Below, piece by piece: positions 17,016 through 26,569 of a DNA stretch of 64,000 nt. Source of the DNA: Candidatus Krumholzibacteriota bacterium (GTDB lineage: Bacteria > Krumholzibacteriota > Krumholzibacteriia > JAJRXK01). Under the pieces are notes generated by a model. That model had not been told where the DNA came from, searched no databases, and saw only the letters and a list, made by a program, of their open reading frames with translations. Location of the stretch: the NCBI GenBank assembly GCA_963764625.1, contig CAVXTH010000006.1, positions 64,001 through 128,000 on the forward strand, in the 5' to 3' direction. The stretch's first letter is position 1. Each line of letters opens with the position of its first letter. Position numbers and translations under genes: made by a program.

Positions 17016-18593
17016 ATGCACGGCGTCCCAAGTTCCGTACCTCGGCACGGGGTTTCGTGGTTGGGGATGGCCTGCGCGATGAGTCTCGTTCTGTTGTTCA
17101 CATCTTCCGCTCTCGGCGCCGACGAAATTGGTCCCATGCGTCTGGGTCTGCCCGGACTGTGGAACGCAATCACGAGTTCGGATTTCTCCGACGCTCCCTT
17201 GCGGTTTGGCCTCTACGCGGCGCATGGCAACATCGACGACGGGCACGGGTTCGTCGATCCCACCTTCCTCCCCGGAGTCACGAGCGAGGAGTTTCGGCTC
17301 CAGCTCGCGCTACGCGTCTCTCACCTCGCCATCCTGTCCGCCTCCTTTCCCTGGAGGCGTTACGCGATCGCGGAGGGAGGGAAGGCTCTTCCTCTCAGCG
17401 CCAGCGGCAAGGGAGACTTTCAAGCCAGCGCCTTCGTGCGCGCTCTAACTCTGGCTGATCACCATTTGAACACTGGTTTCTGGGGAAGCCTCCGAACACC
17501 CAGCGGAGATCTCGAGAAGGGACTGAGCACGGGCAAGACCGAGAGCGAAGTTGGCTTCGCAGCCACGCTGAAGATGTTTTCGCATTCGAACAAGCCGGAG
17601 ACGCGATTCACTCTGAACGTGGGCTACCGGATCAACAAGAACGAGGCGAACGGGTACGGCAATCTCACCGAGTCGTACGCCCGACCCGACTCCACTGGGG
17701 TCTTCGCGCCGCAGTATCCGGCGCTGGGGCCGGACGAATCCGCCAGCGATAACGATCAACTGCTTCTGCGCGCGGGGGTCGAAGTGCGAAGGGACTGGGC
17801 CCATCTCTTCCTGGAGTATTCGGCCGACTGGCTGGCCTGGTACCCGGATGCTTCCTACCGCGAGAGCGCGTCCTGGATCACGCCGGGAATCTATCTGGGC
17901 ACCCAGGGAAGCCTGGCGTTCAAGGCCTCCTGGGCCATCGGCTTGTGGACCGACGACGCAAGGACAAGCTACGTGCCACGCCTGCCGGATTGGATGATTA
18001 GCGCCGGGATCTCGTATCCCTTCTTCTTGGGGACCCGGGACCGAGACGGCGACGGGATTCCCGATCGCCGCGACGGCTGCATCGACACGCCCGAGGACAA
18101 GGACGGATTCCAGGACGAAGACGGTTGCCCCGACTACGACAACGATGGCGATGGAATTCCCGACCGTCTCGACCTCGCGCCCAACCAACCCGAGGACTAC
18201 GACGGCTTCGAGGATCAGGATGGTGTCCCCGATCTAGACAACGATGGTGATGGCATTCCCGATATTCGCGACGCCTGTCCCAATCAGCCCGAAGATTTCA
18301 ACGGCTTCCTCGACCTCGACGGGTGCCCTGACGGCGTGCTCGATCGCGACGGCGACGGAATTCCCGATTCGAGCGACGTCTGCCCGGATCAGCCCGAAGA
18401 CCTCGACGGATTCGAGGACGCCGATGGCTGCCCCGATCTGGACAACGATCTCGACGGTATCCCCGACACTCTGGATCAGTGCCCCCTGCAGCCCGAAGAC
18501 TACGACGGCGACCACGACGACGACGGTTGTCCCGATCCCCCCGTCACCCCCCCGAGCCGCCTTCGCGAGTCTCAAAAATCTTCCCCGCGCTGA
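17016..18593 (+). CDS. outer-membrane beta-barrel-like protein with thrombospondin type-3 repeats
   Basis: Signal peptide, amphipathic beta-strand region, five D.DGDGIPD..D.CP..PED.DGF.D.DGCPD units. Confidence 0.8.
   Translation: MHGVPSSVPRHGVSWLGMACAMSLVLLFTSSALGADEIGPMRLGLPGLWNAITSSDFSDAPLRFGLYAAHGNIDDGHGFVDPTFLPGVTSEEFRLQLALRVSHLAILSASFPWRRYAIAEGGKALPLSASGKGDFQASAFVRALTLADHHLNTGFWGSLRTPSGDLEKGLSTGKTESEVGFAATLKMFSHSNKPETRFTLNVGYRINKNEANGYGNLTESYARPDSTGVFAPQYPALGPDESASDNDQLLLRAGVEVRRDWAHLFLEYSADWLAWYPDASYRESASWITPGIYLGTQGSLAFKASWAIGLWTDDARTSYVPRLPDWMISAGISYPFFLGTRDRDGDGIPDRRDGCIDTPEDKDGFQDEDGCPDYDNDGDGIPDRLDLAPNQPEDYDGFEDQDGVPDLDNDGDGIPDIRDACPNQPEDFNGFLDLDGCPDGVLDRDGDGIPDSSDVCPDQPEDLDGFEDADGCPDLDNDLDGIPDTLDQCPLQPEDYDGDHDDDGCPDPPVTPPSRLRESQKSSPR
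18039..18536 (+). repeat. five tandem ~99-bp intragenic TSP3 repeats
   Basis: Repeating ~33-aa Asp-rich unit, degenerate at DNA level. Confidence 0.85.
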
Positions 18594-18761
18594 GCGCGCT
18601 TCCTCCCGCTGCGGGGTTTGGCCCAGCCCGAACTCGACGAAATCGCGCGTGGGGCGGCGCATCTTGCCCGAATTGGTGGGATGTCACTTGGAATTGAGGG
18701 ATATCCCCCTCGTGCCCCAAACCGCCCTTTCAATCCCGTTTCTCCACCGAAGCGGCGAATT

Positions 18762-18777
18762 GGGCTCGCCGCTTGCT
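18762..18777 (+). promoter_or_regulatory. sigma54-type promoter
   Basis: GGGCTCGCCGCTTGCT = GG-N10-GC with TTGCT. Confidence 0.5.
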
Positions 18778-18857
18778 TGCTGGCCGGTGGATCCGGTGGA
18801 CTCGTTTCCCGGATCGAGTCTCCACCGCACCTCAGATTGGTAGGAGGATCTTGAACC

Positions 18858-19376
18858 ATGAGTAAGTTCAAGGAAGATTGGCGACGTCGTCGCCAGTACA
18901 TCGTGAACCCCCGGTATCAGCTGCAATTCGCGGCTGTTCTCGTGTTGCTCCAGGTCAACGTGGGAATTCTCTTCCTGGGCGTTCTCAGCCACAAATTTAC
19001 CGCGATGGCCGAAGACGCGGGCAGCCTGGAGATCTTCCTCGCGACCGATCTCTGGCGCGCGAGCCTGCCGGTGATGGCCTTGGCGTCGTTTGCGGCCTCA
19101 GTGGCCGTGGCCTGGCTGGGCATTCGGTATTCGAACCAGATCGTGGGCCCCATTCCCCGAATCACCCGTGCCATGCGTGAGCTGGCCGCTGGCAACACCA
19201 AGCAGCGTCTGGTGTTTCGCCCCGGTGACGTTCTGGAGGAACTCGCGGACGAGTTCAACTCGATGTGCGCGGCGCTCGACAAGGGCATCCCTTTGGGAGA
19301 GGGAAAGGTCGCGACGCCGGTGGCGGAGAGCCAGAACTCGGAATCGGAGAGCCAGGCGGAGCCGATACGCGCCTAA
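18858..19376 (+). CDS. small 2-TM HAMP-domain membrane protein
   Basis: RRRQYIVNPRYQLQF, two TM helices, SNQIVGPI..I..AM..LA.G....FRPGD.L.ELA..FN; AGGAGG RBS. Confidence 0.8.
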   Translation: MSKFKEDWRRRRQYIVNPRYQLQFAAVLVLLQVNVGILFLGVLSHKFTAMAEDAGSLEIFLATDLWRASLPVMALASFAASVAVAWLGIRYSNQIVGPIPRITRAMRELAAGNTKQRLVFRPGDVLEELADEFNSMCAALDKGIPLGEGKVATPVAESQNSESESQAEPIRA

Positions 19377-19496
19377 GCCACGCGCGGAACGGATCTTTCC
19401 GCGAGAGGGGTCGGGCCATGTCGGGGAAGTGAGGGGTCTCATCGGAAAGCACCCTTCCGATTCCGGAGCTGTTGGCCATGCCGAGAGCATCCCGCG

Positions 19497-19512
19497 CGGC
19501 ACAGCTCCTGCA
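19497..19512 (+). promoter_or_regulatory. sigma54-type promoter of pilin operon 1
   Basis: CGGCACAGCTCCTGCA = GGCAC-N7-GCA. Confidence 0.6.
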
Positions 19513-19551
19513 TCTTTGCCCATGCCCGGTGTACTCAAACGAGGTCCTGTG

Positions 19552-19998
19552 ATGCTGCGAGTAAGTCAAAACAAGACGGCAGGTTACACCATGGTGGAAC
19601 TCATGGTGATCGTCGTCTTGATCGGTATCGCGATGGCTGCCGTCATTCCGAATTTCGCCGGCAGCCTGCGCAGAACTCGCTCCGAGCGGGCCGCGGCCGA
19701 GCTTCAATCCGACGTGCGTTGGGCCATTTCCAATGCGCGCGCCAACGGCCGGGCCCTCCGGCTGGTGTTTTCCGCTAACGGATATTCGCTTTGTGACTCG
19801 GCGGACAGCACTTTAGTCGTGCGGTCGCGAGACTACGGGAACGCGGCTCAGTTCAGCGCGAGCATCGATCCCATGATCTTCCCCTGGGGGATGGTTCAAC
19901 CCGCCGCCGTCCAACTGGACGGGGCGACGGGAGTACGCCAACTCAACCTGCTTCCCACGGGCAAGCTCAGGTATCAGTACGAGGAGGCACAGCCGTGA
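19552..19998 (+). CDS. FimT/FimU/GspH-like minor pilin
   Basis: Class III signal AG|YTMVELMVIV; AISNARA; GAGG RBS. Confidence 0.85.
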   Translation: MLRVSQNKTAGYTMVELMVIVVLIGIAMAAVIPNFAGSLRRTRSERAAAELQSDVRWAISNARANGRALRLVFSANGYSLCDSADSTLVVRSRDYGNAAQFSASIDPMIFPWGMVQPAAVQLDGATGVRQLNLLPTGKLRYQYEEAQP

Positions 19999-20384
19999 TC
20001 CGAGCGACGGCCAGTTCACAGGCGGGATTCAGCCTGGTGGAAGTCCTCATAGTCTTCATCATCGTCTCTCTCGCGGTGTTGCCTCTGGCGGGGGTGCAGC
20101 TCAGCTCCCGCCGTGCGGTGGATGAGGCACAGCGCTACGGCGAAGCGGTAGAGGTGGCGCAGACACAGCTCGAGAAGCTGCGCGTCGATGATTTTGGCGT
20201 CGTAGGAACCAATAATTTCGTGGTGAACCGATTCAACGTCCAGACCGACGTCCAGCCCCAGATCAATCCGAACACGGGGATCGCCTCGAGCACGCTCGAA
20301 ACTCTGCACGTGACCGTCAATTGGGTGGAAAAGGGAGATTCACTGTCGGTCGACCTCTCCGGCTTGAGGGCGGCACGACAATGA
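19995..20384 (+). CDS. PilV-like minor pilin
   Basis: AG|FSLVEVL; AQTQLEKLR; VTVNW. Confidence 0.85.
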   Translation: MIRATASSQAGFSLVEVLIVFIIVSLAVLPLAGVQLSSRRAVDEAQRYGEAVEVAQTQLEKLRVDDFGVVGTNNFVVNRFNVQTDVQPQINPNTGIASSTLETLHVTVNWVEKGDSLSVDLSGLRAARQ

Positions 20385-20974
20385 ACGAGATGCACCGGCA
20401 GTTCAGGATGGGGAGTGACGGGATCACCATGGTGGAGGTCCTGGTCGCCATCAGCCTGGGCGCGGTCGCCATGGCCGTGCTCTTCTCCATTTTCGTGAGT
20501 GGGCAAGGGGTCTACGTCCAGACGCGTGCCGAGACCGGAGCCAACGGAGACGCGCGCGCGGTTCTCGGGCTCTTGGCCAACGAAATCCGTTCGGCGGGAA
20601 GCGACGCGGCCGAGTTCGGAATCCCCGGCCAGGGATTCGTCCTCGCGTCGGCGGACACTCTGCATCTGATGAGCGATCTCAACGGTGACCGCACGATCAG
20701 CGTCACCGAGCCTCCGGAGGACGTGCTTTACGCGTATAACAGCGGCCAAGGCACGCTCACCCGAGACGCGGGAGCCGGTCCGGTGGTCATTCTCGATCAG
20801 ATCGACTCGATGACCATGCGTTATCTCCAAGATCAAGGACAGGTCATCACCCCTCAGGCCGACGGCCACGTCGACCCCGACCTGGTACGAGCGGTCGAGA
20901 TCGCGATCTCGGTACGGACTCCCAAGGGTTCACTCGAGAAGGTCAAGGGCGTCTTCACCAAACGCAACCGATGA
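20381..20974 (+). CDS. PilW-like minor pilin
   Basis: DG|ITMVEVL; EIRSAG; C-terminal RN. Confidence 0.85.
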   Translation: MNEMHRQFRMGSDGITMVEVLVAISLGAVAMAVLFSIFVSGQGVYVQTRAETGANGDARAVLGLLANEIRSAGSDAAEFGIPGQGFVLASADTLHLMSDLNGDRTISVTEPPEDVLYAYNSGQGTLTRDAGAGPVVILDQIDSMTMRYLQDQGQVITPQADGHVDPDLVRAVEIAISVRTPKGSLEKVKGVFTKRNR

Positions 20975-21453
20975 GGACAAGAGCAATGAAGCGAACGAGT
21001 TCCATGAATCAGCTGCTCGATCGACACGGGATGGGACTGGTGGGCGTGATGCTCGCCTTGAGTCTGCTCGGCATTTTGGCCCTGGTGGCGGCACAACTCG
21101 CCAGTAACGAGAGACAGACCAGTTGGAACGAATGGGTACACGTCGGTTCGTTCCATTCGGCCGACTCCGGCGGAGAGGCCGCCATCGGCTGGTTGTTGGC
21201 GACGCGAGGCGCCCCTCCGTTGCCCAACCTCGCAGCCAACGACAGCACGGTGAACAGCCAGAGCAGCACCCAGCTCGAGGGTTCGCAACGCTATAGCTAC
21301 CAGATGAAATTCAACGGCCAGAAGTACAAAATCGGCCAGGGCACCAACTTCCCCGAACTCTACTTCAAGGTCGATGCCGCAGGGAAAGCCGGCGCGAAGG
21401 GAAACAGCAACATTGAACTCACGATGAGTAAGCGGGTCCAATTGGGCTACTGA
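20971..21453 (+). CDS. PilX-like minor pilin
   Basis: HG|MGLVGV lacking Glu5; SFHSADSG. Confidence 0.75.
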   Translation: MRTRAMKRTSSMNQLLDRHGMGLVGVMLALSLLGILALVAAQLASNERQTSWNEWVHVGSFHSADSGGEAAIGWLLATRGAPPLPNLAANDSTVNSQSSTQLEGSQRYSYQMKFNGQKYKIGQGTNFPELYFKVDAAGKAGAKGNSNIELTMSKRVQLGY

Positions 21454-21477
21454 GCCCGGCTCGAGGAAGGAAGCTCG

Positions 21478-24234
21478 ATGTTTCGCCATTCTCTGAACCC
21501 ACGCCCAAAGTGGTTGATCGTGGCTGCGATCCTGAGTCTCGGCATCGTCCCCTCGTGGGCGATGGCCCAGTGCGACGTGCCATTGGAGGTGCAGCAGGGA
21601 AGCGTGCCACCCAACGTGCTGATCGTGCTCGACACCTCAGGTTCGATGAACACGATCATCACCCACGAAGACTATGATTACAAGATCACCTGGTCGGGCC
21701 CGTTCGACTCAAACGACAAGTATCGGGTCAGCAGCGCGGGGCTCAAGTCGCCCAGCAGTTTCAATTCGACTTGGGACACCTCGCCCACGGCGCCCCTGAC
21801 CCCCAGTGATCTAGGCAGAGATGGTCAGTACGACGGGAACTACCTGAACTGGGTTTTCTACCACGCGACCGATGCGCAGCGCGCGGCCCTGCCGCAGATC
21901 TCGAGGATTCACGCCGGACGTGCCGCCGTCAGCGCGGTCTTGCAGGCCGCTCCGGGACTCCGCTACGGTCTCATGACCTTCAATGGCGATACGGGTGGCG
22001 CGCTCCAGGCCCCCATTGGGAGTTCCGAGGCCACCATTAGCAGCATCGCGAACACGATCGACGCCGACGGCTACACGCCTTCCGCGGAGACCATGCTCGA
22101 TGCCCTGAAACACTTTCAGAACGACGGCTGGATTCAGTACGATTGCCAGCAAAATTTCATCGTCTTCATCACCGACGGTTATCCCACCCACGATCTCAAC
22201 ATTCCTTCCTGGGTCGGCGACCAAGACGGTGACGGACGGGAGCCGGGTAACTGCGCGAGCATCGGAGCCCCTGATGCAAACTCCAACAATTGCTCCGACT
22301 ATCTCGACGACGTCGCCTACTACATGGCACACAACGACATCGACAGCTCCCTGGATGGCGACCAGTTTATCTACACCTATACCATCGGGTTCGGGATCGA
22401 TGCGCCTCTCCTTGCCGACACTGCGATCAACGGGGAGGGTCTCTACCAGAGCGCGTGGAACCTGCAATCGCTCACCCAGAGCCTGGGTACGGTGGTCGGC
22501 GACATCGTGAATCGGATCTCGGCCGGCGCCGCGGTGGCCGTCACCTCCAGCGAGCAGACCGAGGGTCATACCCTTTTCCGCGGCAAGTTCATGCCGGGGG
22601 TTTGGCGCGGTTGGTTCGAAGCCCACGATTTGCCCTACAATCAGAACGCACCGGCGCGTTGGGAAGCGGGACAGCTCCTCGCCACGCGCAGCGCCGATTC
22701 CCGTACCATTTACACCGGAATCAACGGCAGCCTGGTGTCTTTCGACCAATCGAACACCGACGCTCTGGACAGCTACCTTTACGGCGGGATCTACAACGCG
22801 TCGGACAGCGCTCAGGACGCGATTCTGGCCAACCTGGTGAACTACATCCGGGGTGAAGACATTGCCGGAATGAGAGATCGCGGGGGCTGGAAGCTCGGCG
22901 ATCTCGTGCACTCGACTCCGGTGGTGGTGGGGCGCCCGGCCTACTTCTATCTCGATCCGGGCTACCAGCAGTTCCTCATCAACAACGAGAACCGCGAGCC
23001 GGTAGCCTATGTCGGCGCGAACGACGGAATGCTCCATGCCTTCCGGGTCAGCGACGGATACGAGCTCTGGGATTACATTCCACGGGTGGTCCTGCCCAAG
23101 CTGGATCAACTCGCCGATCCCGACTACTGCCACCAGGCCTATGTCGATCTGAGTCCGAAGGCCTACGACGTCAAGCTCAACGGAAGCTGGCATACGGTTC
23201 TCATCGGCGGCGAACGCACCGGCGGCGATAGCTGGTTCGCGCTCGACGTCACGAATCCCAATTCACCGCAATTGCTGTGGGAGACCTCGGTCCCCGAGAT
23301 CATCTCCTCGTTCTCCGAGCCACTCCTGATCCATACCAAGCACTTTGGCCCCCTGCTCTGGAGCGGCGGCGGCAAGGACGCCATGGGACGATCCCGCTTC
23401 GCGGTACTGAGTATGGAGACCGGCAATCTGGTGAAATGGGGCTACTACAGCGAGGGTGCGGCGGGGAATCTGGCCAGCCCGCCGGTGGCGGTGGACATGG
23501 ACTTCGATGGCTATGACGACTGGCTCTACCAGGGCGAACTGAGCGGCGATCTGTGGCGTTGGGACCTGGGATCGGCCACGCTAGATGCCGACAACCCCGT
23601 AGTCGTCTTCGAAGGGAACCAACCCATCCAGGCGCGGCCGGCGCTCTCGACCGACGTGAACGGCAAGGTGCTGATCTACTTCGGAACGGGTCAATACCTC
23701 GACAGCGGCGATCTACTCGACACGACTCAGCAGAGCCTCTATTGCGTTCGCGACGACCCCGCCGCGTCCACGACTTCCACGCGGAGCGACCTGCTGGACC
23801 AGACCTCCGCGATCTCCCTCACCGAGGGTGGTCCGGGCTGGTTCGTCGACCTCACCCAGCAGTCGGGCGAACGCATGACCCAGCCAGCTTTGGTCCTGGA
23901 CGGCGTGGTGTACGCGAGTTCCTTTGCTCCCAGCGACGAGCCTTGTTCGGCAGGCGGGCACAGTTGGCTGTACCGTCTTAACTACCGCAATGGCAGCAAT
24001 CCACGGGAAGGGCACGACGACACTTCCGATCGGGTCGAGGACATCGGCCAGGGCGTGGCCTCGCAGCCGGTGGCGGATCTCACCGAAGGGAACCTGATCG
24101 TCCAGACCAGTGACGCCCGGCTCAACGTGATGGCTCTCACCACGCGGTCGCCGCGAATCCAGGTACGCTCGTGGAAGGAAACCTTCCCGGCATCGCAAGG
24201 CGGGACCGATCCCACGAGTACGCAAACCCCTTGA
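21478..24234 (+). CDS. pilY1: PilY1/PilC type IV pilus tip adhesin with vWA domain
   Basis: PNVLIVLDTSGSM (MIDAS), TDG, LGDLVHSTPVVV, YVGANDGMLHAF, YFGTG, RSWKE. Confidence 0.92.
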   Translation: MFRHSLNPRPKWLIVAAILSLGIVPSWAMAQCDVPLEVQQGSVPPNVLIVLDTSGSMNTIITHEDYDYKITWSGPFDSNDKYRVSSAGLKSPSSFNSTWDTSPTAPLTPSDLGRDGQYDGNYLNWVFYHATDAQRAALPQISRIHAGRAAVSAVLQAAPGLRYGLMTFNGDTGGALQAPIGSSEATISSIANTIDADGYTPSAETMLDALKHFQNDGWIQYDCQQNFIVFITDGYPTHDLNIPSWVGDQDGDGREPGNCASIGAPDANSNNCSDYLDDVAYYMAHNDIDSSLDGDQFIYTYTIGFGIDAPLLADTAINGEGLYQSAWNLQSLTQSLGTVVGDIVNRISAGAAVAVTSSEQTEGHTLFRGKFMPGVWRGWFEAHDLPYNQNAPARWEAGQLLATRSADSRTIYTGINGSLVSFDQSNTDALDSYLYGGIYNASDSAQDAILANLVNYIRGEDIAGMRDRGGWKLGDLVHSTPVVVGRPAYFYLDPGYQQFLINNENREPVAYVGANDGMLHAFRVSDGYELWDYIPRVVLPKLDQLADPDYCHQAYVDLSPKAYDVKLNGSWHTVLIGGERTGGDSWFALDVTNPNSPQLLWETSVPEIISSFSEPLLIHTKHFGPLLWSGGGKDAMGRSRFAVLSMETGNLVKWGYYSEGAAGNLASPPVAVDMDFDGYDDWLYQGELSGDLWRWDLGSATLDADNPVVVFEGNQPIQARPALSTDVNGKVLIYFGTGQYLDSGDLLDTTQQSLYCVRDDPAASTTSTRSDLLDQTSAISLTEGGPGWFVDLTQQSGERMTQPALVLDGVVYASSFAPSDEPCSAGGHSWLYRLNYRNGSNPREGHDDTSDRVEDIGQGVASQPVADLTEGNLIVQTSDARLNVMALTTRSPRIQVRSWKETFPASQGGTDPTSTQTP

Positions 24235-24253
24235 TCCAATAGGAGCTGAGACA

Positions 24254-24748
24254 ATGTGGAAGACTCTCGTAGTGGCAGCTCTCGGACTCCTCCTGTTCAC
24301 GGGGTCCAGCAGGGCCGAGAAAAAAATCGCCTACTCGACGGGACTGGACGGGAACGGCCCCGTGCAGCGCGAGCATCGTGCTCCGGTGGCGGCCCAGCAG
24401 TCCTTCAGCGCGCACAGCCCGCTGAAAGCGGTGCAAATTCATGGCGTACTGAACGCCAAGAGTAATGGTCGTCAGGTTGACATCGCCGGAGTGGGGGTGA
24501 CGGTGAGCCCGCAGTGCTCGATCTTTCCCGACTCGCATCCGGGCCGGCCTCACGATCTGAGCCAGTGGAACGGGAAGGAAGTGACGGTGTTCGGATTTGA
24601 GAGCTCTGGAGGAGTCGACGCGCGCCTGGTGATCCTGAACGACGCCGCGCGCATCAAGCTTCCCCGTGCAGCGGAAGAAAGTCTTCGCACCATTCCCAGT
24701 AACTCCGATCCGAGCGTAGGAGTGACACGACGTGATGCCCCGCAGTAG
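24254..24748 (+). CDS. secreted hypothetical protein
   Basis: AGGAG RBS, signal peptide, beta-rich. Confidence 0.7.
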   Translation: MWKTLVVAALGLLLFTGSSRAEKKIAYSTGLDGNGPVQREHRAPVAAQQSFSAHSPLKAVQIHGVLNAKSNGRQVDIAGVGVTVSPQCSIFPDSHPGRPHDLSQWNGKEVTVFGFESSGGVDARLVILNDAARIKLPRAAEESLRTIPSNSDPSVGVTRRDAPQ

Positions 24749-25649
24749 AAAGCAGTGCCTGGCGTACTGCGCTCTGGTCTTCCTGCTGCTCTTGGGAGCT
24801 TGCTCCAACGCGCGGAAGGACAGCGCCGAAAGTCGACGCGGCAAGCGCGGCATCGCGCAGCAGACGGACGTGGGGATCGTTCCCTCTCCGGCGTACGCGT
24901 TCCACGAGCTGCGACTCAGCGAAACCTCGACGGCTGCGCTGGGGTCCTCGATGGAAACCAGCCGGATTCGCTGGGAGGTGAATGGATCAGATGCTCATAT
25001 CGGCGAGAGTCTCGCACCCACCTACATTCACGCGGGAGCCAAAGTGACGGCAATCATCGAAACCTCTGATGGTGCCGGCGGCTGGCGGGAACTCACTCGC
25101 TATTCTTGTGTGGTGGAGAATAGCCCGCCTCGGGTGGAAGAAGTCGAGTTAAAGCGGGACCAAAACAATCCCTACCACATTGAGGCCGTGCTTCGTGCCA
25201 CGGATTCCGACGAGCAAGCCGTCGACCTGCGCTACCGCTGGTTTCTCAATGGGAAGGTGGTTCCCGACCAGCTGGGCGACTCCATCGTCTTGAACCAGCC
25301 CGAGCCGGGCTCGGAAGTTCAGGTGGAAGTCGTCGCATCCGACGGACAGGCATCCTCGGTTCCCGTACGCAGTCCCAAGCTGAAGATCGAGGCGCCGACG
25401 GTGTTCCTGACGGTGGGGGAGAAGGCGGAATTTCGGGACAGCAAGGACGGCGGACGAGAGGTGATCTTGCCTCTGCAGTACACCGAGGGCGCTCGCTTGC
25501 AGCTTCTCGATGCCCCTTCGAACGTGCGCTTCGAACCCGGCCACCTGGTTTGGGTGCCCAAGGAAAACGAGAAAGAGGTCAAGCTGAGCGTTCGGGTCAG
25601 CGTGAAGGATGGTAGCACCATCGAGCGCGAGATCACTCTGAACATCTGA
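24732..25649 (+). CDS. lipoprotein with Ig-like domains
   Basis: Lipobox LLGAC; ENSPP, YRWFLNG and VVASDG Ig-like motifs. Confidence 0.75.
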   Translation: MMPRSRKQCLAYCALVFLLLLGACSNARKDSAESRRGKRGIAQQTDVGIVPSPAYAFHELRLSETSTAALGSSMETSRIRWEVNGSDAHIGESLAPTYIHAGAKVTAIIETSDGAGGWRELTRYSCVVENSPPRVEEVELKRDQNNPYHIEAVLRATDSDEQAVDLRYRWFLNGKVVPDQLGDSIVLNQPEPGSEVQVEVVASDGQASSVPVRSPKLKIEAPTVFLTVGEKAEFRDSKDGGREVILPLQYTEGARLQLLDAPSNVRFEPGHLVWVPKENEKEVKLSVRVSVKDGSTIEREITLNI

Positions 25650-25664
25650 GGCGGAATTCGCTGC

Positions 25665-26504
25665 TCAGCACTTGTGATCGTTGGCCTTGCTTTCCTCCCA
25701 GTAGCGAAACATCTCGTCGCGGCTCAGATCCTCGATCTTCCTGCTCTCGTTCGCGCACCGGTCTTCCATTTCCTTGAAGCGGCGCGCGAACTTGCGGTTC
25801 GTTCCACTCAGACAGCTCTCGGGATCGAGATCGAGCTTGCGCGCGAGCTGCGTCGCCGCGAAGAGAATGTCGCCCATCTCGTCCCGCACCCTCGCCTCCC
25901 GGCCCTCTTTGAGCGCTTCTTCGAATTCTGCAATCTCCTCTTTCAGCTTGGAAAGCACCTCGCGGTGATCTTGCCAGTCGAAACCGGTCTCCGCCGCGCT
26001 CTGACCGAAGACCAAGGCCTGACGGAGCGATGAAGCGGCGGCCGAGAGATGCTTGAGGGCTCCGGCGTGCTCCCGGTCATCCTTTCCTCGGCTCTTCTTC
26101 TCTTTCGCCTTCTCGCGCTTCCAGATGCGCTGGGCCTCGTTGGAGGTAGTCGCGGTCTCGTCGCCGAAGACGTGCGGCTTGCGCCGAATCAGCTTCTGCG
26201 CCCCCAGTGCGGCGAGATCCTCGAGGCTTACTCCCGTCTCCTCGGAGAGAAGCAACCAGTTGAAGCACACCATGTAGAGGAGATCCGCCAGTTCCTCGGT
26301 CAACTCTCGCGCATCACCCCCCGCGGTGGCTTCCACGTACTCGACCACTTCATCCTGAAGAAAGCGTGCCGCCGACGATAGGGTCTGTTGCCGGTCCCAG
26401 GGACAGCCCCGCGGACCTCGCAATCGCTCGAGCACCTCGATCAAGACCAGTAGCGAATGTTCCACCGAGTTCGTTCTCCAGAAGGCTGGTTTGACCCGGA
26501 CCAT
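25665..26504 (-). CDS. mazG: nucleoside triphosphate pyrophosphohydrolase
   Basis: LRGPRGCPWDRQQT, PHVFG, GFDW, EMGDILF. Confidence 0.95.
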   Translation of the reverse strand: MVRVKPAFWRTNSVEHSLLVLIEVLERLRGPRGCPWDRQQTLSSAARFLQDEVVEYVEATAGGDARELTEELADLLYMVCFNWLLLSEETGVSLEDLAALGAQKLIRRKPHVFGDETATTSNEAQRIWKREKAKEKKSRGKDDREHAGALKHLSAAASSLRQALVFGQSAAETGFDWQDHREVLSKLKEEIAEFEEALKEGREARVRDEMGDILFAATQLARKLDLDPESCLSGTNRKFARRFKEMEDRCANESRKIEDLSRDEMFRYWEESKANDHKC

Positions 26505-26569
26505 AGAGCACGTTAAGCTCTTCGTCTGTCCTTGATTCCTCGTTTCACCCCGCTGGGGCCGGATGGGTA

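Noticed and set aside
18039-18536. Tandem repeats as a CRISPR array
   Set aside because: In-frame degenerate protein repeats, with no identical repeats, spacers or cas genes
25665-26504. mazG as a defence or toxin-antitoxin component
   Set aside because: Ordinary two-domain housekeeping MazG with no mazEF or defence neighbours
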